From Candidatus Poriferisocius sp. (GTDB lineage: Bacteria; Actinomycetota; Acidimicrobiia; Acidimicrobiales; Bin134), in the NCBI GenBank assembly GCA_965208545.1, contig OZ242341.1, positions 543,380-607,379 of the forward strand: DNA of 64,000 nt. The letters are read 5' to 3'. The position numbers and the translations under genes were made by a program. Of this stretch, positions 1 to 7,946 are shown piece after piece (position 1 is the first letter of the stretch; each line of letters begins with the position of its first letter). The notes beneath the pieces are model-generated. The model saw nothing but the letters and a program-made list of their open reading frames with translations. It was not told the DNA's origin and made no database searches.

Positions 1-858
1 GAATCGGTGGTCGTTGCCGACTTGGACCTGTCCCTGTTTGAACCCGACCGGCTGGAGGGGCGACGGCCCCAGGTGTACGGCCCGCTGGCCCAGACCCACA
101 CCACTCGGCCCGACGTGGAGCGGGACTTTGATGTGATCGTGGGATGCGTTCCCGGCGCCCGGTCAAATACCGAGTTGGTCGGGGAGGCCATCGACGCCGG
201 GGCCTCCCTAGTGGTGCTGCCCGAGCTGACACCGCCGCCGTCCAACATATCTCCCGGACTGCTGGTGGTGACCTCCGCCCGTCGAGACGACCAGCATCTC
301 GGCCAGGTGTGGTCGGCCGACGGCCTCGTCCACGAACAAGCGCAGGTCCACCTCAGCGTCCGCCACCCAAATGCCACCCGGTTGGGCACCGAAGTGAGCC
401 TGCACCCGACCCCCTTCGGCGACTTGGCGGTGATTGTGGGGGACGATCACCGCTATCCCGAGATTTTCCGACTGGCGGCAATCGCCGGAGCCCACCTGGT
501 GGCCGTTTGCTGGCAACCGGAAAATCGCTGGGAGTGCGACCTGGCTCTGGTTGAGCGGGCCGCGGAGAACCGGATCAGTGTGGCAGCGTGCGGATCCCCG
601 GGACCGCTGGCCGCCACCATGCTGCTCGACCCGCCGGCCGATTCGCTGTGGAATCCCGATCGGTCGAGCCCCTACAACGGGACCATCAACACCCCGATCA
701 GCCAGCGGGCCGAACCCGACGACGAACTCCTGATCGGCAAGATGCACCCCGGCCGAGCAGTGAACCGAGAGGTGTCCAAGGACACCGACCTCGTGGGCGG
801 GAGACCGTGGCAGGCTTCAGCGGTGCTCGCCGAAAGCACTTCAGGGGTTGGCGACTAG
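1..858 (+). CDS. carbon-nitrogen hydrolase (nitrilase-superfamily) protein, C-terminal part; the gene starts upstream of the window
   Basis: Frame 1 is open from the window edge to the stop at 858. The first ~30 residues (VVVADLDLSL..RRPQVYGPL) look like the end of one CN-hydrolase domain. A second CN-hydrolase-like domain follows, with the glutamate motif VVLPELT. The usual Cys-motif position reads VIVGDDHRYPE. Confidence 0.55.
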   Translation, partial: ESVVVADLDLSLFEPDRLEGRRPQVYGPLAQTHTTRPDVERDFDVIVGCVPGARSNTELVGEAIDAGASLVVLPELTPPPSNISPGLLVVTSARRDDQHLGQVWSADGLVHEQAQVHLSVRHPNATRLGTEVSLHPTPFGDLAVIVGDDHRYPEIFRLAAIAGAHLVAVCWQPENRWECDLALVERAAENRISVAACGSPGPLAATMLLDPPADSLWNPDRSSPYNGTINTPISQRAEPDDELLIGKMHPGRAVNREVSKDTDLVGGRPWQASAVLAESTSGVGD

Positions 859-1673
859 TGGGAAGGCACCCGAGCAAGCACCGCTCGGGCCCAGCGCATC
901 ACCGCGGCGTCGATGAACTCACCGTCGATCACCGCCACCGCCCGACCGTCGGCCGTCGCCTCCTCGAAGGCGGCTACGACCCCCTTAGCTCGGGCGATCT
1001 CGTCGTCTGATGGGGTAAAGGCCGCGTTGACCGCGTCCACCTGCTTGGGGTGTATCACCGACCGGCCACCGAAGCCGTGGCGGCGAAGCGACTCGCTGGT
1101 GGCGACCAGCCCCGCATGGTCGTCGAGGTTGGTGAACACCGGCCCACACGGTGCTTCGAGACCCTCGCCCACCGATGCCACCACCACCCGAGTGCGGATC
1201 GGCCACATCTCCAAGGCGTCGGGCGAAGGCTCCATGCCCATGTCGGCGGCCAGATCGGCCTCGCCCAAGGCCAGGCGCACCACTTCGGTGACGGCAGCGA
1301 TGTCGTAGATCTGGGCCACTCCAACCGCTGACTCGATCAGCGCGGTCACCGGGCAGCCGCCGAAGTCGATAGAGCAAGCGGTGGCGTCGGCCTTGGGCAC
1401 CACCACCCCGGCAAATCCCACTCCGTCAGAAACCAGCGACCGCACCAGTTCGGCATCTTCGCCCACCAAGTCGGGGCGGTTGTTGATCCGCACCCAAGCC
1501 GGCACGCCGGGATTGGCCCGCAGCCATTGGCCGACCGCCTCCCGGGCAGTGGCCTTGGCCGCTTCGGCCACCGCGTCCTCAAGATCGCAGATGATGGCGT
1601 CAGCCCCCGACTTGAGCGCCTTGTCGAAGCGGTCGGGACGATCTCCGGGGACATAAAGCGTGGTGCGGCTCAT
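855..1673 (-). CDS. HpcH/HpaI aldolase / citrate-lyase beta-subunit-like (CitE-type) lyase
   Basis: ATG at 1673. The N-terminus MSRTTLYVPGDRPDRFDKALKSGADAIICDLEDAV matches the CitE/HpcH signature. The stop overlaps the convergent upstream gene by 4 nt. Confidence 0.8.
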   Translation of the reverse strand: MSRTTLYVPGDRPDRFDKALKSGADAIICDLEDAVAEAAKATAREAVGQWLRANPGVPAWVRINNRPDLVGEDAELVRSLVSDGVGFAGVVVPKADATACSIDFGGCPVTALIESAVGVAQIYDIAAVTEVVRLALGEADLAADMGMEPSPDALEMWPIRTRVVVASVGEGLEAPCGPVFTNLDDHAGLVATSESLRRHGFGGRSVIHPKQVDAVNAAFTPSDDEIARAKGVVAAFEEATADGRAVAVIDGEFIDAAVMRWARAVLARVPSH

Positions 1674-1736
1674 CGCAGTCTTGGCTCCTCCCGGTTGGTT
1701 GACACTGGTTTTGCCCGGCCCTACTGTCAGACTAAC

Positions 1737-1762
1737 GAAACGTTGTTCCGCTTACCGGAACA
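1737..1762 (+). promoter_or_regulatory. operator-like motif copy S1: GAAAC-gt-TGTTCC-gcttac-CGGAACA
   Basis: It lies in the 117-bp divergent intergenic region, 28 nt upstream of ATG 1791. The same block spacing occurs at 8394, 20278 and 23853. TGTTCCG/CGGAACA form a 7-bp inverted repeat. Confidence 0.6.
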
Positions 1763-1790
1763 GTGTGCCGCTGACGACACCGGAGCACCA

Positions 1791-2603
1791 ATGCGCGAGA
1801 CGCTGAAGGGCGTCCAAGACATCTTTGACGAGCGGGGCCCGACAGATGCCACGGGCACGTTCAATCGGCTGTGGTCGATCACCGAAGAGCTCATGGTAAA
1901 GATCGAGGCCCGGTTCGAACTGGTACGAGATCCCAGTACGGAGGACTTGGAGTCGTACCGAGGCGACGCCGAATACCCCGCAGGGCGGCTGGCTGGCTAC
2001 ACCGGACCGGAGATGGACTGGCTGGTCCACTCATGGATCGGCAACCCCCCGCTGGGGTTCACCAACATGCACGTCACCGCCTGGCTCGGGCCCCATATCG
2101 ACGTGCCCCATCTAGGCATCGCCTGGGGGACACTGCCGGACTTGTGGTTCTACATCGACTTCAATCCTCGCTCCGATCTCATGCTCGACACCGATTCGCT
2201 CGACAAGTTCTGGGGTCCGCTCAACGAGGAGTTCTTAGAGCTGCGGGCCGATGAGGGGCTGGCCCCGTTCACCTCCCGGGCGCTGTACGTTCGCCAGGCC
2301 CTGAGCGAAGTGGCCATCTGCTTCACTACCCCGGGCATCGTCTACGACGAGAGCCGGCTGAACCAGGTGAGCGAATTGGCCCACCGCCGGGTCGACCAGT
2401 GGCTGGCGTGGGTGGACGAGGCCGAGCCCGTGCCGCTTGAGCGCCGGGAACAGCTGGCCGCCGGCGATCTGGCCCGGCGGCGTAACATCGCCGAGAGAGA
2501 CCCGGCCAACATCATGGGCGTTCGTTTCTTCGGAGAGGAGATGACCGACCGTCTCGTGCGTGCCCTGTGGGGCGGCGACCGGGTGTTGCCCCGACCAAGC
2601 TGA
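1791..2603 (+). CDS. red chlorophyll catabolite reductase (RCCR)-like / bilin-reductase-fold protein, paralogue 1
   Basis: ATG 1791 is preceded by GGAG. It resembles plant RCCR at motif level, recalled from memory: HSWIGNPPLG, VPHLGIAWG..LWFYIDFNPRSDLMLDTDSLDKFWGPL, SRALYVRQALS, and the C-terminal ARRRNIAERDP..FFGEEMTDRLVRAL. The long 5' extension of the tracked ORF (from 1527) overlaps the divergent gene and was discarded. Confidence 0.6.
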   Translation: MRETLKGVQDIFDERGPTDATGTFNRLWSITEELMVKIEARFELVRDPSTEDLESYRGDAEYPAGRLAGYTGPEMDWLVHSWIGNPPLGFTNMHVTAWLGPHIDVPHLGIAWGTLPDLWFYIDFNPRSDLMLDTDSLDKFWGPLNEEFLELRADEGLAPFTSRALYVRQALSEVAICFTTPGIVYDESRLNQVSELAHRRVDQWLAWVDEAEPVPLERREQLAAGDLARRRNIAERDPANIMGVRFFGEEMTDRLVRALWGGDRVLPRPS

Positions 2604-2614
2604 GGGGAACTGGG

Positions 2615-3754
2615 ATGTTGATCAAGAACCAGTGGTACGCCGTGGAATTCGGGCAGTGGGTGACCGACCAGCCGGTGCTGGCCCGGGTCCACGGCCACGA
2701 TCTGGTGCTGTGGCGCAGCCCGAACGGCACGGTCAACGCCCAGTCCGATTTGTGCGTCCACCGGGGCGGGTCCCTGGCCGGCGGCTCGGTGGTGGGCGAT
2801 TGCGTGCAGTGCCCCTACCACGGCTGGCGCTACGGAGCCGATGGGGCCTGCGTGGAGATTCCGGCCAACCGCCCCGACCTGCCCATTCCCAAGAAGGCCC
2901 GGATCGACACCTATCCTTGCATCGAGCGCTACGGCTTCGTGTGGGTATTTCTCGGCGATCTGGCGCCCGAACAGCGGCCCCCGGCGCCGGAATTGGAGGG
3001 CCTTGAGGAGCACACTGAGGCCAGGGCCGAGGGATACCGGGCGGTCATCGGAGAGTTCACCTGGCAGGCCAACTACGACCGGGTGCTGGAGAACGCGGTG
3101 GACATCGCCCATACCCCCTTCGTGCACTCCGGCTCGTTCGGCAACAAAGACGAGCCCGAGATCCAAGACTTCGACCTCGACGAAACCCGGGTCAACGGCC
3201 ACTTGGCGTCGGTCACCGCCACCGTGGAACTCGAACCGCCCCGCCCGTCGGGGCTGTGGCGGTTCATCTCCAAGAAAGACCGACCGCCGGTGAGCACCTC
3301 CACCGGGTTCTACCCGCCCAATGTGTCGATGCTCATCGTGCGGCTGCCCATGGGCGAGATCCGCATCTTCACCGCCGCGGTGCCCCGCGACGAGCACGTC
3401 ACCGTCTCCAAGTTCTGCATGTTGCGCACCTTCTTCACCGGGGGCTGGGCCGACAAGAACTCCTACGAGCGCACAATCAAGATCTTCCTGGAGGACCAGC
3501 CCACAGTCGAGGGCCAGCGCCCGGAGCTGCTGCCGTTCGACCTGTCGGCCGAGCTGCACGTCAAGTCCGACTCCATCCAACTGGCCTACCGTCGCTGGCG
3601 CCAGGAGCAGATCGACAAGGGCTGGGCGCTGCAGATCCCGTCGGATGAGGAGGCCATGAGGGCCGCGGCGGTGATTCCCTCTCCGGGACGCTCCAACGAC
3701 CCCGAGTTGGCCAACGCCTGGGTGTTCCCCACCGTGGGGGAGGACCGATCATGA
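2615..3754 (+). CDS. Rieske [2Fe-2S] non-heme-iron oxygenase, alpha-only type (PaO/CAO/Tic55/VanA-like group)
   Basis: Rieske motif CVHRGGSL-x-CPYHGWRY and mononuclear-iron motif ENAVDIAHTPFVH are present. ATG 2615 follows GAGGGG. Confidence 0.85.
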   Translation: MLIKNQWYAVEFGQWVTDQPVLARVHGHDLVLWRSPNGTVNAQSDLCVHRGGSLAGGSVVGDCVQCPYHGWRYGADGACVEIPANRPDLPIPKKARIDTYPCIERYGFVWVFLGDLAPEQRPPAPELEGLEEHTEARAEGYRAVIGEFTWQANYDRVLENAVDIAHTPFVHSGSFGNKDEPEIQDFDLDETRVNGHLASVTATVELEPPRPSGLWRFISKKDRPPVSTSTGFYPPNVSMLIVRLPMGEIRIFTAAVPRDEHVTVSKFCMLRTFFTGGWADKNSYERTIKIFLEDQPTVEGQRPELLPFDLSAELHVKSDSIQLAYRRWRQEQIDKGWALQIPSDEEAMRAAAVIPSPGRSNDPELANAWVFPTVGEDRS

Positions 3755-4470
3755 GTCTGTCGGCTGACCTCAGCATTGGCACGGTGGAGGCCATCGCCGA
3801 TCGCCTGGGGTTGGAGGAGACGGTGAACACTCCCTTGGTCTCGGCCATGGACGGTTCACCGGTGGGCGCCCATCGGGTGCTGGCCCGCGACGGGGTGGCG
3901 GCGCTGGTGTACGCGGGCATGAAGGTTGATGCCTTCGGGCTGGACAGCCACATGTGCTTCGCCTTCACCCCCGCGGCCAGCCCGGTGCCCCATTTCACCG
4001 TGGACTCGGTGCTGGCCGGACCGCACTATGCGTTCCACTTGGACTTGATCCCCCGCCTGGACCCGGGCGCCAACCTGGCCTACATCGACCACTGCTATGG
4101 CCCGCTCACCGAGGTTCACGACGAGACCATGCAGATCGAGGGACTCACCCCGGCACACCTGTCACCCCGCCAATGGCAGCTCATGTCGGCGTGGATGCTG
4201 GCCCACCGGGCTGACGAGGACGGATTTCGGGCGGTGTTCGGTGCGGTGGCCTCCTATCGGGACCACTGGCTAGACCTGGTGGCCGATGGTGTACCCGACG
4301 AGGCCACCGGCGGGGCCACTGCCGAGCAGCTGGCTGAACGGGATGCCCGCAACCGGGCTGCCATCTTCAATCCAGCGGTCGATCCCGTGTGGGCCCGGGT
4401 CGATCAGCTGCTCGGCCCCGAGACGAGCGCCGTCATCCAGGCCAGCCTCAAAACCGCGGCCCGCTCCTAG
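3751..4470 (+). CDS. RCCR-like / bilin-reductase-fold protein, paralogue 2
   Basis: ATGA overlap with the Rieske gene. It aligns by eye with the 1791 gene: SPVPHFTVDSV..YAFHLDLIPRLDPGANLAYIDHCYGPL against DVPHLGIAWGT..LWFYIDFNPRSDLMLDTDSLDKFWGPL. The C-terminal ERDARNRAAIF..LLGPETSAVIQASLK resembles the RCCR C-terminus. Confidence 0.55.
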   Translation: MSLSADLSIGTVEAIADRLGLEETVNTPLVSAMDGSPVGAHRVLARDGVAALVYAGMKVDAFGLDSHMCFAFTPAASPVPHFTVDSVLAGPHYAFHLDLIPRLDPGANLAYIDHCYGPLTEVHDETMQIEGLTPAHLSPRQWQLMSAWMLAHRADEDGFRAVFGAVASYRDHWLDLVADGVPDEATGGATAEQLAERDARNRAAIFNPAVDPVWARVDQLLGPETSAVIQASLKTAARS

Positions 4471-4491
4471 CCGATCACGAGGGAGAGCACC

Positions 4492-5433
4492 ATGAGCGAA
4501 TCCGAAGCCTCCGAGTGGCAGCAGCGCATCACCGGTGAGTGGTACGGCCTGCCGTCGGTGTTCGACGCCGAGGGAAACCACACCGGGTTCAACAAGGTCA
4601 GCCGGGCCAGCGTTTTCGCCGACGGCAAAGTCACCTACTGGATGCAGTGCAACTTCATGAACACCGGCCCGCTTCGCAACCGGTTCGAGATCAAGGACTT
4701 CGAGTTCGGCGTGGACGACCGGGGCGACGACCGCATCTACCAGGGTCCCGACTTCTACGGCGCCGGCCATCCCTATGGCTCACTGGTGGACTCGCACTAC
4801 TACGCGCCGGGGTGGCGGGCCGACCTCAACACCATGAACCAGATCCTGCCCGACGGAGTGACCCAGGTGTACTCGTCGCTGCTGTACGAGGGACCCACCA
4901 TCTTCTCGGTGTTCAACGGCGTTTACCTGAACGCCCACGACTACGACACCAACCCCGAGACCAAGGCGTGGATCGACGCCCACATCGAGGCCGAACGGGA
5001 GATGGCGGCCTGGCCCCACACCGTGCCCGACCGCACCGGGGGTGAGTGGACCGGGGAGTGCGAGGTGTTCGGGGCCGACCAGCAGCGCCGCGGATCAGTG
5101 AGCGTGCGCCTGCGCCATGACCCCATCGATCTGGTGCGCGCCACCCACGCTCTGGAGCTCACCGGGGCGATCGACTACTCGCACACCTACATCCGCACCC
5201 GGTCGCACGGCAACCGCTACACCTACGACGGCCCCGACCTCTGGGGCAACGCCATCGCCTACGGCCGAGCCCTCTACACCTCTCAGCACCACGTCAGCGA
5301 AGCATTCAAGGTCAAAGGCCGAGAGTTCATCATCGACCGCGACTACACCCTGGCCGTGGCTTGGAAGCTCTACTCCGGCGACCGGATGACCGACATCGTC
5401 TTCGGCCCCCTCACCTTCACCCCCGACGCCTAA
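4492..5433 (+). CDS. calycin/lipocalin-like beta-barrel protein, two GxWxG modules, function unknown
   Basis: ATG 4492 follows GAGGGAGAG. GxWxG motifs are ITGEWYGLPSVFDAEG and TGGEWTGECEVF. It resembles the three neighbouring minus-strand genes. Confidence 0.55.
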   Translation: MSESEASEWQQRITGEWYGLPSVFDAEGNHTGFNKVSRASVFADGKVTYWMQCNFMNTGPLRNRFEIKDFEFGVDDRGDDRIYQGPDFYGAGHPYGSLVDSHYYAPGWRADLNTMNQILPDGVTQVYSSLLYEGPTIFSVFNGVYLNAHDYDTNPETKAWIDAHIEAEREMAAWPHTVPDRTGGEWTGECEVFGADQQRRGSVSVRLRHDPIDLVRATHALELTGAIDYSHTYIRTRSHGNRYTYDGPDLWGNAIAYGRALYTSQHHVSEAFKVKGREFIIDRDYTLAVAWKLYSGDRMTDIVFGPLTFTPDA

Positions 5434-6089
5434 CCGACCACCACCGATACCGAGCGGTTCCCGTCGTCAATGACTTCGGTGATCTCGATGCCGGTGGCTC
5501 CGATGGTGTCGTGCATGGCCCAGAGGCGGCGGCGCTGGGAGGGGGAGGGCCAATCGGTGGCTACCAGCATGGGCCCGACGGCCCGGCGCAGCGGCCAGGT
5601 GCCATCGGGATCGGGGGGCGGGGCCGACAGGTCCAGGCGTGGCTCCTCGCTGGAGGCCTCGGGGACGGCCACCCCCACGATGTCGGCTACTGATCGGCCG
5701 GCCAGGGAGAAGAATCCGCCGGTGAGTTGGCGGTCGGGGGCCACCAGCACGCTGTAGGACTCGAATTCGTAGCCGAATCGGGGCCAGAGACCCTGTCCGG
5801 TAAGGGCGCCGGGCTGCCACAGGGTGCCGGAGCCCACCACGTCGGGGCCGAGATAGCGACGCTGGTCTCCGTCTATCTCCAGATCGAATACCCACTCGCC
5901 CGCGAAGGCGGCCATGGGGTGGCCGGCCAGTTGGGACGAGGGTTGGCACTGCTGGGTGACCACCAGCCGACCCTCTCCGGCCTGTTCCACGATCCGGCGC
6001 TGAGCGACCTCGCCGCGAAACGTGCCGTCGGGGTCGTAGACGTACTCGACGATCAGCCAGTCACCGCCGAAGCGGTCTCTCTCGGTCAT
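5430..6089 (-). CDS. calycin/lipocalin-like beta-barrel protein (GxW motif), function unknown
   Basis: The internal ATG 6089 (MTERDRFGGDWLIVEYVYDPDG) forms an ATGA overlap with the stop of the upstream gene at 6086. The longer tracked ORF (to 6203) would overlap that gene. Confidence 0.6.
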   Translation of the reverse strand: MTERDRFGGDWLIVEYVYDPDGTFRGEVAQRRIVEQAGEGRLVVTQQCQPSSQLAGHPMAAFAGEWVFDLEIDGDQRRYLGPDVVGSGTLWQPGALTGQGLWPRFGYEFESYSVLVAPDRQLTGGFFSLAGRSVADIVGVAVPEASSEEPRLDLSAPPPDPDGTWPLRRAVGPMLVATDWPSPSQRRRLWAMHDTIGATGIEITEVIDDGNRSVSVVVG

Positions 6090-6988
6090 GCCGGTTCGAA
6101 GGCCAAGGCCCCGTAGGCCGCTCCGATTCGCTGCTCGCCCCGATACCAGGTGTGGAGCACCGCCTTCATGGTGCCGTCTCGCGACACCACCTCGCGCCGC
6201 CACACCCGGAGTCCTTCGGAGAGGAGGTGGAATTGTCCGCTGAATCCCCTCCCGCCACTGAGGCTGCCGCTGCCCATCAGATCACCCGCCGGAGTCCACG
6301 CCGTCCAACCGTCTGACAGCAAGGTAAACGACAAGCCAGACGAGTAGTCCGCCCCCGACAGCTCCACATCCCAAGAGTTGCCCAGGGCCGCGACCGATTC
6401 GATGTAGTCAGCGGGGCCGGTTGGCGTGTACTCGGCGTCCAGGCGATGCAGCTGCCCCGACCAGCGGCCGGGTCGCAGCAACAACAGCTCACCTCGTCCT
6501 GCCGATGGGTCGTCACGCAGCCACTCGGGATCCATCGCCGCCACCGGGGGAGGCACAGGATCCGACGGGTCGACCTGGCGCTGGTATTCACCCACCACCG
6601 TCCATTGGAGCCGATCGCCCCGGCTGAGCAGGGCCAGCGAGAGTTGATGAGAGCCGTCGGGCAGCACCATCAAGAAGAAGCGCTGCGACAGCCCCAGGTC
6701 GGGCCAGTAGTTGTGGGCGGCTACCAGGCCGTCGCCCAGCGCCTCGGCATAGCCGATGTTGAGGGGCCCCTCGTAGGTCCGGTGCGAGCCGTGATCGGCG
6801 ATGGTGTAGACGCCCGACAGCGAGAACGGCCCGTCGAACTCGACCTCCACCGTCACCCGCCCGGCCTGGTCGTCGGCCTTGACCGATCGGGTGTCTCGCC
6901 CTATGCCGGCAAAGCGTCCGTCGCCGTCATAGACCTCAGCGGCGCCGATCCACTCTCCAACTCCCTGGGAGAACGACCCTTGGCTCAC
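6086..6988 (-). CDS. calycin/lipocalin-like beta-barrel protein, two GxWxG modules, function unknown
   Basis: Motifs GVGEWIGAAEVYDGDG and RPGRWSGQLHRLDAEY. The GTG start at 6988 is inferred from the duplicated ancestral GTGA junction, and GAAGG lies upstream. An alternative ATG start is at 7009. Confidence 0.55.
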   Translation of the reverse strand: MSQGSFSQGVGEWIGAAEVYDGDGRFAGIGRDTRSVKADDQAGRVTVEVEFDGPFSLSGVYTIADHGSHRTYEGPLNIGYAEALGDGLVAAHNYWPDLGLSQRFFLMVLPDGSHQLSLALLSRGDRLQWTVVGEYQRQVDPSDPVPPPVAAMDPEWLRDDPSAGRGELLLLRPGRWSGQLHRLDAEYTPTGPADYIESVAALGNSWDVELSGADYSSGLSFTLLSDGWTAWTPAGDLMGSGSLSGGRGFSGQFHLLSEGLRVWRREVVSRDGTMKAVLHTWYRGEQRIGAAYGALAFEPA

Positions 6989-7062
6989 ATTCGGACCTTC
7001 GCAGCCCATGAGACGATGGGCCGGTCGCCCTGGGAGAGCGATCCCTTACTCACATTCGGACC
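6963..7062. repeat. 35-bp imperfect direct repeat (6963-6997 and 7028-7062, 30/35 identical, offset 65 bp) duplicating a gene-gene junction
   Basis: Both copies read ccctgggaga.cga.cc....ctcacattcggacc. Copy 2 holds the stop of gene 7050-7868. Copy 1 holds the start of gene 6086-6988. Confidence 0.85.
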
Positions 7063-7868
7063 AAGCGCACCGTCTGCGTGGCCACAGGGGTGGCGGTCAG
7101 CACCGCGCCGAGGTCGGTATCGGGAGGCTGGGGGGCCAGATACCGGCCCTCGGTGGCCAGCGCAAGCCCGTCTTCGCCAAACGGGTAGGGATCCAGCCCG
7201 TATTCCCCGCCGGGACGCTCGACCACCGAGATGGTCACGTCGTCGCCCACCGCTCGGGGCACGTTGGGGAAGTCGGAGGTGCCCCGCTCGCCTTCGGGAG
7301 CCAGGTGGAAGTACAGGGAGATGGTGTCGAAGAACTGGAGCTGCTTGTAGGCGTGGAACAGATATTCGTCGGTGGCGTGATCGGGATCGTCGGCGGCCAA
7401 CTGCTCCTTCAGGCGGCGCTGGCGGCTCTCCTCGTTGCCCAGCATGGCGTCGACTTCGGGGCGCAACTCGTCGGGGATCACGTCCAAAAAGATCTTGTCG
7501 CTCAACCCGTACCGTCCCCGGTAGAGGCCATAGGTGTGCATCGAAGAGATGATGCCGCTGAACGGATGATGGGATTCGTTGAACGCCGGAGAGCCCGCTG
7601 AGGTGGTCACGATCTGGGGCAGCGGGGTGGCGGTCAGGTTGTAGGGCAAGCCGGTGTCGGGATTCTGAGGGGCTTGGGCGTCGAGGTCGGCCCAGCCCTG
7701 GTCGTGATGGTCGACGATGAACTGCATCGGCTCGGCCGGTTCGAGCCCGTCGAACTCCTCGTTGCCGAAGTTGGCGGCCAGCGACCCGGCGAAGGCGGTG
7801 TGCTGGTGCATGGCGATAACGAAATGGGGGGCGTCGGCGATTCCTCCGGGGGCGCTTTGGACGATCAT
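7050..7868 (-). CDS. His-rich hypothetical protein (DUF3891-like by recollection)
   Basis: ATG 7868. His clusters: AMHQHTAF, VDHHDQGWADLD, NESHHPFSG, SSMHTYG. No confident family assignment. Confidence 0.5.
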   Translation of the reverse strand: MIVQSAPGGIADAPHFVIAMHQHTAFAGSLAANFGNEEFDGLEPAEPMQFIVDHHDQGWADLDAQAPQNPDTGLPYNLTATPLPQIVTTSAGSPAFNESHHPFSGIISSMHTYGLYRGRYGLSDKIFLDVIPDELRPEVDAMLGNEESRQRRLKEQLAADDPDHATDEYLFHAYKQLQFFDTISLYFHLAPEGERGTSDFPNVPRAVGDDVTISVVERPGGEYGLDPYPFGEDGLALATEGRYLAPQPPDTDLGAVLTATPVATQTVRLVRM

Positions 7869-7946
7869 GGCCGCTGCACCCGGGTGAAGTCTTGGATCTG
7901 GAAACTCATGGCCGCTGCACCCGGGTGAAGTCCTGAATCTGGAACA
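7865..7946. repeat. 41-bp tandem duplication (7865-7905 and 7906-7946, about 37/39 identical) of an ATGA gene junction
   Basis: tcatggccgctgcacccgggtgaagtc(t/c)tg(g/a)atctggaa occurs twice. It duplicates the last 12 codons plus stop of gene 7906-8361 and the ATGA overlap with the next gene. Confidence 0.9.

Noticed and set aside
2342-3580. 412-aa minus-strand ORF antisense to the Rieske oxygenase gene
   Set aside because: It is a typical high-GC shadow ORF: Arg/Gly/Pro/His-rich, with no recognisable motifs, and fully overlapped by a gene with clear Rieske and iron motifs.
6446-7552. 368-aa plus-strand ORF across the 6086-7868 region
   Set aside because: It is an Arg-rich shadow ORF overlapping two better-supported minus-strand genes.
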